A stretch of 64,000 bases of DNA, from the NCBI GenBank assembly GCA_046727175.1, contig JBKPCD010000175.1:1669-65668 (forward strand), in the 5' to 3' direction. Of the stretch, positions 8,453 to 18,425 are shown one piece after another (within the stretch, counting starts at the first letter, position 1; each line of letters begins with the position of its first letter). Below the pieces are notes generated by a model. That model was not told where the DNA came from. It did not search any database and saw only the letters and a program-made list of their open reading frames with translations. The translations under genes and the position numbers were made by a program. The stretch is from Acidobacteriota bacterium (lineage in GTDB: Bacteria > Acidobacteriota > Vicinamibacteria > Vicinamibacterales > 2-12-FULL-66-21).

Positions 8453-9592
8453 ATGATCAGCGTTGCCGCGATTCGGATGCAGCAGTTCGGGGTCCAGTTC
8501 TACCAGGCATCTTTGACGGCGAGCGACATCGACAAGCTCGTCCGGTTCGAAGTGCTCAGTTACGGAGAGCAGTCGCAACCGGTTCGCGGTGGCCGGAAGA
8601 AAGCGCCCGCTGTTCCAAGCAAGGTGAACTGGGACCTTCTCGAACGCCGCATCGCCTCGAGCGAAAAGGCCTATCAGCGGCAGATCATTCGCCGAAAAAT
8701 CGACGAGCTCGTCCAGTACTACGAGCAGTGCCGTCAGGCGCGCGACCTGCCGTCGATTGCAGGCGCGGTGATCATCTCGTGCGACGAGCCGCTGCGCTTT
8801 GAGCCCGCCAGCGACGGCTCATCCGTAGGCACGCTGAGGGTACCCGAGCGTGAAGGCATCCTGCGGGCCATTGACGGGCAACACCGGTTGCTGGCGCTCC
8901 ACGCTGACATCGATCGATTCGGAGACGAGCAGTTCACGGTCCCTGCGGTCATTTTCGACCGTCTACCCGAGGACCACGTCGTTCAGATGTTCGTGACGAT
9001 CAACGCGAAGCACACGCGACTGAACGCCTCCCATCTTGTCTCGCTCTCCGGTCGACAGCTCTACCGCGACGAAGCCCTCGCTGCCGCACACGACATCGTC
9101 CGCGCGCTGAACGACCGCGAAGACTCGCCGCTGTATGGCGAGATCAAGCTGCTGGGAGTCGGCAGCGGCCGCGTTGCGCAGGCGCCGCTCGCGCAGGAGC
9201 TGAAAAAGCTGTTTGTCGCCGAGGCGTTCGGACCCGGCCGGAAGGGAGAACAGTTCCTGGAGGAGTCGAGGAAGTTCTATGTCAACTACCTGAAGCAGGT
9301 CGCCCAGGTCTTCAACGCCGCGTGGAACGGTCGCAAATACAGCATCAAGAGCGCCACCGCGCTGCGGGCGTTCATCAAGGTCGCTCCGGATGTCGTGCGG
9401 CGTCTCGATCAGGAGCATGCGGACCGCACGGACTTTCGTGCGATTGGCCGCGTCATCGCGCCGTGGGGTCGGAGGATCGGCGATTTGCGGTTCGAGACGG
9501 AGGGGGCGTGGAAGCGATCGGGGACGACGGTCGACCTGCTGGCAAAGGAACTGCGGTTGGCGCTGCAGTATCCTGAGGGTGCTGCTGTGTGA
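8453..9592 (+). CDS. DGQHR-domain protein (DndB-like, ParB-nuclease superfamily)
   Basis: Literal DGQHR motif (..LRAIDGQHRLLAL..) and the downstream QMFVTINAKHTRL motif typical of DndB-like proteins. Start trimmed to ATG 8453 (MISVAAIRMQQFG..). Confidence 0.75.
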   Translation: MISVAAIRMQQFGVQFYQASLTASDIDKLVRFEVLSYGEQSQPVRGGRKKAPAVPSKVNWDLLERRIASSEKAYQRQIIRRKIDELVQYYEQCRQARDLPSIAGAVIISCDEPLRFEPASDGSSVGTLRVPEREGILRAIDGQHRLLALHADIDRFGDEQFTVPAVIFDRLPEDHVVQMFVTINAKHTRLNASHLVSLSGRQLYRDEALAAAHDIVRALNDREDSPLYGEIKLLGVGSGRVAQAPLAQELKKLFVAEAFGPGRKGEQFLEESRKFYVNYLKQVAQVFNAAWNGRKYSIKSATALRAFIKVAPDVVRRLDQEHADRTDFRAIGRVIAPWGRRIGDLRFETEGAWKRSGTTVDLLAKELRLALQYPEGAAV

Positions 9593-9669
9593 ATCCGCGT
9601 CGTGAGAGATTTCGATCCGCGGACGTCCGTAAAACCCGCGTCTCGTTGTTCTCGATCCGCATAAGAAAA

Positions 9670-9704
9670 GGGCATCGCCACCATGACGATGCCCTCGGAT
9701 TTTG
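9670..9704 (+). terminator. rho-independent-like terminator after the DGQHR gene
   Basis: GGGCATCG (9670-9677), 9-nt loop, CGATGCCC (9687-9694), followed by tcggatttt. Confidence 0.5.
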
Positions 9705-10004
9705 CGGGCGACCCGGCTCCCCAGCAACTCACGGCTCCCTGCCGTAAATATTCAGGCCGCTCGCGCCCTCCCATTGAGCAAGCGTCGTACCGTGACGTTT
9801 TCAAGCACTTACGCGGATCACTCGCGAATCGCGCGTACGAAATCGTCACGTCGATTACGATTTTGATCTGGTCGGCGTTACTGTTTCTGCGAACCGTTGC
9901 GCGACGCGTCTCCGGGGTGAGAGCCCACATGAATGGGGTAAACACCCCGGACGTTGGTTTCGTACGGGGGCGGTTCGCGAAATGGGGGTCGGACCCTAAT
10001 CGCG

Positions 10005-12287
10005 ATGAGAGCCCGCTGCATGCGCGTCCTGTCCACGGTGGGGCTCACCACGACGCTGTTTGTCCTCGCCCCCCTGCGACTGAGCGGCCAGGGCGATGCG
10101 GATCTGGGCCGGCTCACGGGCTCGGTGGTCGACGCGTCGACGGGCGTTGGCCTCGCCGACATTCCTGTCGTCGACGAATCGAGCGGGGGATCAGCGACCA
10201 CCGATCGTGCGGGTCGATTCTCGCTCGCGCTCCCCGCAGGTCCCCGACGCCTCCACGTCTCGGTGATTGGCTACGTGCTGGTGCGACGTGACGTGAGGGT
10301 CGAGCCGGGGGCGACAACCGATGTGACAATCCCCCTCACGCGCGGCACCGGCACGTACACCGAGACGGTTACGGTTGTCGCGGATGGCTTTCACTCAGTG
10401 GACGCTGCGACTCCCGCGCAGCAGGTTCTGGACAGCGCGGATATTCAGAACCTGCGAGGTGTGCTCGCCGACGATCCCCTGCGCGCCGTTCAGGCACTCG
10501 GCGGCGTCGCCGCGAGCGACGATCTTCGCAGCGAGTTCAGCGTCCGCGGAAGCAATTTCGCACATCTCAACTTCACGGTGGACGGCTTCGCAACACCGTT
10601 TCTCCTCCACACGATTCGGGCGGTCGAGGACGGGACCAGTTCGGGCTCGATTGCGATGATCAACAGTGACGTGCTGGAAGGCGTCACCTTGCTCAACGGC
10701 GGATACGCGCAGCGAAACGGCAACCGCACCGGCGCGTCGCTGGACTTCAGGCTGCGCGACGGCTCGCGAGATCGGCGCCAGGTCAGGGCGGCCGTCAGCG
10801 GCACGGCGGCGTCGTTCGTTGCGGAGGGACCACTCGGTCGTTCGCGGCGCGGTTCGTGGCTCGTCTCGGGCCGGCAAAGTTATCTCGACCTGCTCATCGA
10901 TCGCATCACCGACGATCCGCTGCAGTTCGGATTCTCCGACGTGCAGGCCAGGCTCGTTTACGACATCTCTCCGCGGCAGCGCTTCGATTTCACGGTGATC
11001 GCAGGGCACTCGCGGTTGCGCGAGCCCGAGGCGGAGACAGACGAGGACGACTTGTTCGTTGCGAGGAACGCGACTGGGATTGGTATCGCGGGATGGCGAC
11101 TCGCGATGCCACGAGGCACCCTCTCGGCGCGCGTGCTTTCTGCCACGAATGATTTCCGAAACGACGGGTTGAACGACATCACCTTCGACAAAGGTTCTGA
11201 CGAGCAGCTGGCCGGCCGGATCGATTTCGCTTATCAACTCGTAAGTCGCCTCCGGTTCGAGGGCGGGGTAATTGCGGATCAGGCTCACGAGTCGCGGTGG
11301 CGGCAGCGGCCGATCTCGTCAGCCGCCTTCAGAGTCGTCAACGACTACGCAGGGACCGCGGTCCGATCGGGCGCCTACGGTCTCGCCACTCTGACGATCA
11401 CTCCGACATTCGCGATCGTGCCAGGTGTGCGGGTCGATCGCTGGTCGCTGACGGAGGCGACGACCGCGTCGCCGTGGATCCAATCGGCCTGGAATCTGCC
11501 CGGTGAGCTGACGATTCGAGCTGGCGCCGGCGTCTATCAGCAGTTCCCGGACTTCGAGCAGGTTCTCGGCTCCTGGGGATCGCCTGATGCCGCGCCGGAA
11601 CGTGCCACGCAGATCGATGTCGGCGTCGAGCGGATGCTTCGAAGGTCGGTTCGCCTGCAGCTCACGGTCTTCGATCGTGAAGATCGCGATTTTGCGCGAC
11701 GAGCCGACGCCGAGACGCACCTGAGCGGAACGCGCCTCGTGCGGGGAACCAGCGCAGCCCGCTACGCGAACCGTCTGGATGGATTCGCGCGTGGAGTGGA
11801 GGTGCTGATACAGCGCCGCAACGCGACCGGTTTGACTGGCTGGTTGTCGTACTCGTACGGGCGGAATCGGTATCACGATACGTTGACAGGCGAGACGTTC
11901 TGGGGTGATTTCGACGAGCGCCATGCGTTCAACCTGTACGCGCAGTACCGATTGAGCTCGCGCAGCAGTGTCTCTGGAACGCTTCGTGCCGGCAGCAATT
12001 TCCCTGCGCCCGGGTATTTCTCCGAGACCGGGGGGCGCTATTTTGTCGGCAATCGACGGAACGAGGTGCGCCTCCCGAATTATGCGCGGTTGGATCTGCG
12101 CGCGAACCGCACGTTCGCATGGTCGCAGCGGCGGCTGACGCTGTTCGCCGAAGTCATGAACGTGTTCAATCGCGCGAACGTGCGGTACAGTCCTCCGTCG
12201 ATCGACGGTCGAACGCGCGAAGTGAGCCGATTGTTCGAGCCGCTCATACCAATCGTCCCGTCGGCAGGAATCCTCGTTGAGTTCTGA
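10005..12287 (+). CDS. TonB-dependent receptor with N-terminal carboxypeptidase-regulatory-like domain
   Basis: Signal peptide, then ..GSVVDASTGVGLADIPVV..RAGRFSL.. (CarboxypepD_reg-like). Long beta-rich body ending in ..GILVEF (terminal aromatic residue). Confidence 0.8.
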   Translation: MRARCMRVLSTVGLTTTLFVLAPLRLSGQGDADLGRLTGSVVDASTGVGLADIPVVDESSGGSATTDRAGRFSLALPAGPRRLHVSVIGYVLVRRDVRVEPGATTDVTIPLTRGTGTYTETVTVVADGFHSVDAATPAQQVLDSADIQNLRGVLADDPLRAVQALGGVAASDDLRSEFSVRGSNFAHLNFTVDGFATPFLLHTIRAVEDGTSSGSIAMINSDVLEGVTLLNGGYAQRNGNRTGASLDFRLRDGSRDRRQVRAAVSGTAASFVAEGPLGRSRRGSWLVSGRQSYLDLLIDRITDDPLQFGFSDVQARLVYDISPRQRFDFTVIAGHSRLREPEAETDEDDLFVARNATGIGIAGWRLAMPRGTLSARVLSATNDFRNDGLNDITFDKGSDEQLAGRIDFAYQLVSRLRFEGGVIADQAHESRWRQRPISSAAFRVVNDYAGTAVRSGAYGLATLTITPTFAIVPGVRVDRWSLTEATTASPWIQSAWNLPGELTIRAGAGVYQQFPDFEQVLGSWGSPDAAPERATQIDVGVERMLRRSVRLQLTVFDREDRDFARRADAETHLSGTRLVRGTSAARYANRLDGFARGVEVLIQRRNATGLTGWLSYSYGRNRYHDTLTGETFWGDFDERHAFNLYAQYRLSSRSSVSGTLRAGSNFPAPGYFSETGGRYFVGNRRNEVRLPNYARLDLRANRTFAWSQRRLTLFAEVMNVFNRANVRYSPPSIDGRTREVSRLFEPLIPIVPSAGILVEF

Positions 12288-12290
12288 TAC

Positions 12291-12327
12291 GCGGATTCTC
12301 GCGGATTGCGCGGATTGCGCGGATTGA
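12291..12327. repeat. tandem direct repeat (GCGGATTSN) x4, one-armed member of the GATTGC family
   Basis: gcggattctc gcggattgc gcggattgc gcggattga read directly from the sequence. I found no complementary arm nearby. Confidence 0.7.
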
Positions 12328-12365
12328 AGTCACCGGATTACCCGACTTATACAGGTCATCCCAGA

Positions 12366-13883
12366 ATGCGTTATTTGATGTCGTTCGTCGGCCTCGCCAT
12401 TCTTCTGACCACTTCCGGCAATGCACAGGATCTGCGCGCGCGGGTTCGCAGCTTCGTCAGCGCGAACCAGCCGCAGATCGTCGGCGAGCTGCTGGAGCTT
12501 CTCGCGATCCCGAACGTCGCGTCGGATCGGCAGAACATCAGGCGCAACGCGGAACATCTTCAGAAGATGCTCGCCAAGCGGGGCTTCACGTCGGAACTGC
12601 TCGAGACGGACGGGAATCCGCTCGTCTACGCCGACATGCGCGTGCCAGCGGCGACCCGCACGTTGCTGTTGTACGCGCACTACGACGGCCAGCCCGTCGA
12701 TCCTCGTGCCTGGAAGCAGGATGATCCCTTCAAGCCTGTCCTTCGTACCGATCGAATGGACGCGGGAGGTGACGTCATCGCGACTCCAGCTCGTCTTCAG
12801 AAGTTCGAGGACAACTGGCGAATCTACGGACGATCCGCCTCCGACGATAAATCGCCAATCGTTGCCCTGTGCGCAGCGCTCGATGCGCTCAAGGCGGCGG
12901 ACCTCTCCCCGGCGTCGAACCTGAGGGTGATCCTCGACGGCGAAGAAGAGGCGAGCTCACCGAGCCTTGTTCCAGCTATCACGCGCTATCGGGACAAGCT
13001 GCGCGCAGACGCGATGATCATTTTCGACGGCCCGATTCACTCGAGCGGACGCCCGACGATCGTGTATGGCGCTCGCGGCATCATGACGGTCGATCTGACG
13101 GTCTTCGGGCCGAAGGCGGGCGTGCACAGCGGCAACTACGGAAACTGGATTCCGAATCCGGCGCAGCGCCTGTCCGCGCTCCTTGCCAGCATGAAAGACG
13201 AGGACGGGCGCGTGCTCGTGGGCGGGTTCTACGATGGCCTCGTTCCGTTGACGGCCGAGGAGCGCGCGCTCCTCGACGCGGTGCCGGATGATTCGGCGCG
13301 AATGCTGCAGGCGTTCGGGGTGGCCCGGCCGGAAAGGTCGTTCCTGAAGCTGCAGGATGCGTTTCAGTCGCCGACGCTGAACATCCGGGGGCTCGCGAGC
13401 GCCCACGTTGGCAGCGGCGCGCGGACGATCATTCCGGACCGCGCAACGGCCGCGATCGATGTCCGGCTCGTGAGGGAAACACCCGCGGCGGATTTGCTCG
13501 AGAAGATCCGCGCGCACGTTCGCGGTCAGGGGTACTTCCTCGTGGACGCCGAGCCCGACGACGCCGTGCGCGCGGAATATTCCAAGATTGCTCGGATCAG
13601 CGTTTCGGAGTCCGTGACGAATGCCTTCAGGACCTCGCCGTCGGATCCGCAGGCGCGTCGGATCGCGGAGGCCATCGGCCGCGCGTTCGGCACGGCGCCC
13701 GTGCAGATCCGTACGGCTGGCGGCACTGTCCCGATCGCTCCGTTCATCGAGGCGCTCGGCTTTCCAGCCGTCCTCGTGCCGATCGTGAATTTCGACAACA
13801 ACCAGCACGAGGAGAACGAGAACCTGCGGCTCGGGCATTTGTTCCAGGGGATCGAGATCGTTGGAGCAGTTTTGGCGAATTGA
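12366..13883 (+). CDS. M20-family metallopeptidase (dipeptidase-like), secreted
   Basis: ..LLLYAHYDGQPVD.. and ..DGEEEASSPSL.. motifs. Signal peptide starts at MRYLMSFVGLAILL. Confidence 0.85.
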   Translation: MRYLMSFVGLAILLTTSGNAQDLRARVRSFVSANQPQIVGELLELLAIPNVASDRQNIRRNAEHLQKMLAKRGFTSELLETDGNPLVYADMRVPAATRTLLLYAHYDGQPVDPRAWKQDDPFKPVLRTDRMDAGGDVIATPARLQKFEDNWRIYGRSASDDKSPIVALCAALDALKAADLSPASNLRVILDGEEEASSPSLVPAITRYRDKLRADAMIIFDGPIHSSGRPTIVYGARGIMTVDLTVFGPKAGVHSGNYGNWIPNPAQRLSALLASMKDEDGRVLVGGFYDGLVPLTAEERALLDAVPDDSARMLQAFGVARPERSFLKLQDAFQSPTLNIRGLASAHVGSGARTIIPDRATAAIDVRLVRETPAADLLEKIRAHVRGQGYFLVDAEPDDAVRAEYSKIARISVSESVTNAFRTSPSDPQARRIAEAIGRAFGTAPVQIRTAGGTVPIAPFIEALGFPAVLVPIVNFDNNQHEENENLRLGHLFQGIEIVGAVLAN

Positions 13884-13893
13884 GCCATGGAGC

Positions 13894-13955
13894 GGATAAC
13901 AGACGAAAGGGAGAAGATTGATTACAGAATTCTCTCTTCCTTTCTCCTGTTATTC
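13894..13955. repeat. low-complexity hairpin (GGAGAA / CTCCTGTT units)
   Basis: ggataacagacgaaagggagaag pairs imperfectly with cttcctttctcctgttatt. Confidence 0.65.
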
Positions 13956-13989
13956 TCTCCCTCGCGTTCGTCAAATACCGGAGGTCATC

Positions 13990-15516
13990 ATGACGCGGCT
14001 TCGTGCATGCGTCTGCGTCGTGCCTGCGTCACCAACCGTCAAAGAAGTCCAGTCGGCAGCCAACATCGCGGCCCGCATGGGCTACGAAACGAGCGCGCTG
14101 ACGCTTCCGCTGGTCGTGCACGATGCCGACCTGAAGGTGACGAATGCTGGGACCGATCGCGAATCGCCTCTTCTCATTCTCGTCGGCCGATCCAACACGC
14201 TGGTGTCGAAGCTGGTCGAGCGCGGCGCGATCGATTTGAACCGGCTCATCCCGGGACAGGGCGTAATTGCCGCAATTACCGCACCGTCGGGTGACGGCAT
14301 CGCCGTCGTGATTGCCGGCGCGGACGATCAAGGGACGCTTGCGGCGGCGAACGAGTTCGCGTCGCGATTGCCGCGCGCGTGGAACATGACGGGCATCACG
14401 TTGTCGGGCATCGAGGAACAGCTCGCGAAGTACCTGAAGGGCCACGGCGTCGAGGCGCCACGGCCAGTCGCGACGTCGATGGTCGTCGACGCAGATCGGC
14501 GCGGGCTCGCGTCCGTTTTGGTGCGTCTGACTCCTCCGGCCGGTCAGGGAGAGCGGGCGGTTCGCGCCCTCGCCGATCTCGACCAGGCGCACCGTCGCGG
14601 ACTCCAGCCCGAGACGCTGAACTGAGATCGTGCAGCGAGAGCTTGGCATCCCGAAGGAGCAGTTCAGCCTCGAGCTGATGGCTGTACCGAAGGAGATCTA
14701 CACGGTCGAAGCGGTGGATGGGTCCGGCGGCGTCCTCGAGCGCTTACGTTCTCGCCGAAATTCGCGGAGCGCGAGTACCTCGAGAAGTTTCCCGGTTGGT
14801 CACGCGTCGACGTGACCACGGGGTGGCTGCACGCGGAAGTGGATGGTCAGGTCGCCACCGATGTGCGGATCAAAACGGATCCCGAGCGCTTCTGGGATCA
14901 CTATCAGGCAGATGTGCTGCCGAAGATCTACGACCACGTGATGAAGATCACCGACAACCGGCCGCTGCCGGACAAGCAGCCGTTTCATCGCGACCTCGAC
15001 GTCGAGGTCTGGATGAGCGAGCCGGATTTCCGCATCGGCGTGGACGAGGAGCTCGTCTCCTCGCTCGAATCGCTTCATGAAGATCTCTATTTCGTGACGC
15101 TCGACTTCTTCGACGCGCTGGGTCGCACGACGACGCGCCGCCGGCTTGCCGCGCCGGGAAAGATCTTTCCGATCATTCATCCGGATCGACCGGATCAGGC
15201 GGGTCGGGCGCACATCCTGTTTGCCGGCAATGCCTCGACCAAGCCGAAGCTCGAGGTGACGTATCGCGAAAAGGGCGTCGAGAAGCCGACGCGCGTCAGC
15301 CGCGATCTCGGCAAGATCGAGACTTCGTCACCATCCGTGATGCACGCAGTCGTGCGCGCCGACCGCGTCGCCGAACTAGAGTACGAGGCGCAATCGGCTC
15401 GTGGACGAAGTGGTCAGCTCAAGCGAACGAGCGCAGCGAGTGGGCCGCCGGAGCGGGCAGAGGGGGTCCCCGCGAGCGATGACGCAAAGGGTCTGGAGGA
15501 CGAAGTCCCCCGGTGA
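13990..15516 (+). pseudogene. hypothetical ~508-codon gene interrupted by two compensating frameshifts
   Basis: Frame 1 (13990-14625) stops at TGA 14623. Frame 2 is open from 14621 and reads ..EIVQRELGIPKEQFSLELMAVPKEIYTVEAVDGSGGVLERL. Frame 1 is open again from about 14701 (coding-like from about 14745) and reads ..TFSPKFAEREYLEKFPGWSRVDVTTGWLHAEV.. to 15516. GGAGG lies upstream of ATG 13990. No family recognised. Confidence 0.45.
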
Positions 15517-15533
15517 AGATTGGAGGAGGCAGT

Positions 15534-18425
15534 ATGCGGAGATTCACAAGGCCCGTCGTGTTCTTTGTCGGACTCCTCGTTAGTGCCACTGCGTCTGCCC
15601 AGAACGCGCAGGTCACGGGCACGCTGAAAGATCAGAGCGGCGCGGTGCTGCCCGGCGTGACGGTCACCGCCAAGAACACCGCCACGGGCCTGACGCGGAC
15701 GGCGGTGACCGACGCGAGCGGTGAGTACCGTCTCGTATCGCTGACGCCAGGCAACTACAACGTTTCCGCCGAGCTGGCAGGCTTCGGCACGGAATCGCGT
15801 CCCGACATCGTGCTCGTGATCGATCAGACCGCGATCATCGACATCGTCCTGAAACCCGCGGCCGTCTCAGAGACGCTCACCGTGAGTGGGGAGACGCCGA
15901 TCGTCGACACCACGAAGTCGGATGTCTCCACGTCGATTTCGACCGATCAGATCCAGAACCTGCCGACGAGCTCGCGGCGCTGGATTGATCTCGCCATGTT
16001 GATACCGGGATCGTCGCAGGACAACATCCGCGGATTCTTTTACCGCGGCAACGTCAACCTCGGCGCCGGAGCCCGCGAATACTCGAATGGCGTGGTCGTG
16101 GATGGCGTGAACAACACCTGGGCGGAGATGGGGGAACCGCGTCAGAACTTCGCGATGGACGCGATTCAGGAGTTCAAAGTGTCGACGTCGAACTACAAGG
16201 CGGAGTACGGCCTCGCGACCGGTGGCATGCTCACCGTGGTCACGAAGTCCGGGACCAACCAGCTCCATGGGTCCGCCCTGCTCTTCATGCGAGACGATGC
16301 GATTACGGCGATCGAGTACTTCCAGAAGGCGAACAACATCGAGAAACCTGACTACCAGCGGTATCAGTACGGCGGCGCGGTGGGCGGGCCAATCATCAAG
16401 GATAAGACGCACTTCTTCGCGGCCTACGAGGGGACGAACGAGAATCAGTTTTTGAGCGTGAGCGCGCGCGGCCTCTGGCCGCAGTACGAGGGCACGTTCG
16501 AGAGCAAACAGGATCGCTGGACGTACAACACGAAGGTCGATCATCAGCTGAGTCCGAACCAGAGCTTGTTCTTCCGGTGGGGCGCGGAGGACGAGTACCG
16601 GCCGATCATCACGACAGCCGGCCGGATCACGCCGAGCAACAGCTTCGACTTCGCCGTCCCGCGGCAGTCCGCGGTATTGAGCCACACGTGGATCCTCAAT
16701 AGCGCCTCGCTGAACGACTTTCGGTTGCAGTACGCATACGCGAAATACGAAGTCTCCCCGCCATACAGCCATGGTGATTGGGACCCGGGCGACTTCACGG
16801 CACGGCTACCGTACTGCACGCCGATCTATACCTATCCTTCGATCGTCGTGGGCGGCTGCGGCAACGCCCAGATGGGACCTGAGCATCGGTGGCAAGTCAA
16901 AGATGACTTTTCCCATTTGATGCAGCGGTGGGGCGGGACGCACCAGTGGAAGGTCGGGTTCGATCTGAGCTACATCCCATTCGAAGGCGACAACACCCAA
17001 TCGCCGCTCGGCAGTTGGTCCTTCTCCAAGGACGCGGTCTATAACCAGGCCGATCCAACGACTTATCCGTCGACCTACACGGACTCGCTGCCCACGTACG
17101 CAAATATTCCGACGACGACGATGGCTTTTTACGTGCAAGACGACTGGCGCGTCCGTCCCGGCCTGACGTTGAACCTCGGACTACGCTACGACGTGCAGAA
17201 GGGTGCGTTCAACGAGGACGTTCCCGATCTTCTCGCGAAAATTCAGGACAAGCTGGGTCGGGGCGGCAGCTTCCCGGTTGACGTCTCCGTGGTGGCGCAG
17301 CCGAAGTCCGGGCGAGGCGACTACAACAACTTCGGACCGCGCGTCGGCTTCGCCTGGGATCCCCGGCACGATGGCATCACGAACGTCCACGGCGGGTACG
17401 GGCTCTACTACGACAACATGCGTACGCTCCAAAACTTCGGCGAGCTCACGTGGCCGCAGGCACAGCCGATCGTGATCAACAGCCCGACGTTCCCGGATCC
17501 GTTCGGCGGCCGTTCCCGTGAGTCGTTCCTGTCGACGGACCCGCCGAACATCACGGTGATGTCGAATGCGACCGTGAATCCCTACGCGCATCAGTTCAAC
17601 GTCGGCGTCAGTCGCGTCTTCGCCCGGGTGATTGCCCTGAGCGCCGACTTCACGATCGTGAACCGCTATGCCGATCGCGATACCGTCGACCCGAACCTTC
17701 CGGATCAGCTGACGCGCGTCAAGTTGTACCCGCAGTTCGGCCGTGTCAACTTCTGGCAATCCACCGCGGACAACACGTACCGAGCGCTGTTGGTGAAAGT
17801 CGAGAAGCGCATGACCCACAACTACCAGTATCTCGTGTCGTACACGCTGAGCAAGACGCGCGACAACAGTTTCGTCAACACGCTCGGTGACCAGTACGGT
17901 TGGGTCAAGTTGGACCGTTACGCCGTTGCGGATCGTCGTCATCGTCTGGTCGTCAGCGGCATCGTCACGCTGCCGGGGGAAACGCAGGTGTCGGCCATCG
18001 GCGATTTCAAGTCCAGCCTGCCGTTCAGCCCTACGAGCACCGTCAACCTGAACAACGATGGTTACAACGTCGATCTGTCGGCGGGTGTGTTGCCCTGGTC
18101 TGGCTGTCGATCGCTGAATCTCGAAGCATTGAATACCTTCAGATCCGGACGCGGTCTGACCGCCGTCTCGCAGGTGGATTGTCCAGGGTTCGTCAACATG
18201 GATCTGCGGATGTCGAAGTTCTTCCGGCTCGGGCCGCATCGGGTCGAGTTCATCGCACAGCTGTTCAATGTTTTCAACCGTGCAAACTTCGCAACGCCGA
18301 ACGGAAGCGTTACTGCCGGCAACGACACGAACGGCCGGCCGCTCTTCGGACAGTCGCAGTCGCTGCTGACGAACATCAACGCCCCGTCACGGCAGGCTGA
18401 GTTCGCCGTGCGATATCAGTTCTGA
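15534..18425 (+). CDS. TonB-dependent receptor-like outer-membrane protein with CarboxypepD_reg domain
   Basis: GGAGGAGG RBS. Signal peptide, then ..AQVTGTLKDQSGAVLPGVTVTAKNTATGLTR..SGEYRL... About 960 aa, beta-rich, ending ..FAVRYQF. Confidence 0.85.
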   Translation: MRRFTRPVVFFVGLLVSATASAQNAQVTGTLKDQSGAVLPGVTVTAKNTATGLTRTAVTDASGEYRLVSLTPGNYNVSAELAGFGTESRPDIVLVIDQTAIIDIVLKPAAVSETLTVSGETPIVDTTKSDVSTSISTDQIQNLPTSSRRWIDLAMLIPGSSQDNIRGFFYRGNVNLGAGAREYSNGVVVDGVNNTWAEMGEPRQNFAMDAIQEFKVSTSNYKAEYGLATGGMLTVVTKSGTNQLHGSALLFMRDDAITAIEYFQKANNIEKPDYQRYQYGGAVGGPIIKDKTHFFAAYEGTNENQFLSVSARGLWPQYEGTFESKQDRWTYNTKVDHQLSPNQSLFFRWGAEDEYRPIITTAGRITPSNSFDFAVPRQSAVLSHTWILNSASLNDFRLQYAYAKYEVSPPYSHGDWDPGDFTARLPYCTPIYTYPSIVVGGCGNAQMGPEHRWQVKDDFSHLMQRWGGTHQWKVGFDLSYIPFEGDNTQSPLGSWSFSKDAVYNQADPTTYPSTYTDSLPTYANIPTTTMAFYVQDDWRVRPGLTLNLGLRYDVQKGAFNEDVPDLLAKIQDKLGRGGSFPVDVSVVAQPKSGRGDYNNFGPRVGFAWDPRHDGITNVHGGYGLYYDNMRTLQNFGELTWPQAQPIVINSPTFPDPFGGRSRESFLSTDPPNITVMSNATVNPYAHQFNVGVSRVFARVIALSADFTIVNRYADRDTVDPNLPDQLTRVKLYPQFGRVNFWQSTADNTYRALLVKVEKRMTHNYQYLVSYTLSKTRDNSFVNTLGDQYGWVKLDRYAVADRRHRLVVSGIVTLPGETQVSAIGDFKSSLPFSPTSTVNLNNDGYNVDLSAGVLPWSGCRSLNLEALNTFRSGRGLTAVSQVDCPGFVNMDLRMSKFFRLGPHRVEFIAQLFNVFNRANFATPNGSVTAGNDTNGRPLFGQSQSLLTNINAPSRQAEFAVRYQF

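Noticed and set aside
9705-10004. Possible cobalamin riboswitch in the ~300-nt leader upstream of the first TonB-dependent receptor. The string ggctccccagcaactcacgg vaguely resembles the GCCCCCGCAACTGT core, and attcaggccgc vaguely resembles a B12 box.
   Set aside because: The matches are short and need indels. I could not find the GGGAA..GGTG..AA..CC part. The receptor's neighbours (M20 peptidase, PxpA) are not B12-related. A cmscan against Rfam RF00174 would settle it, and I expect no hit.
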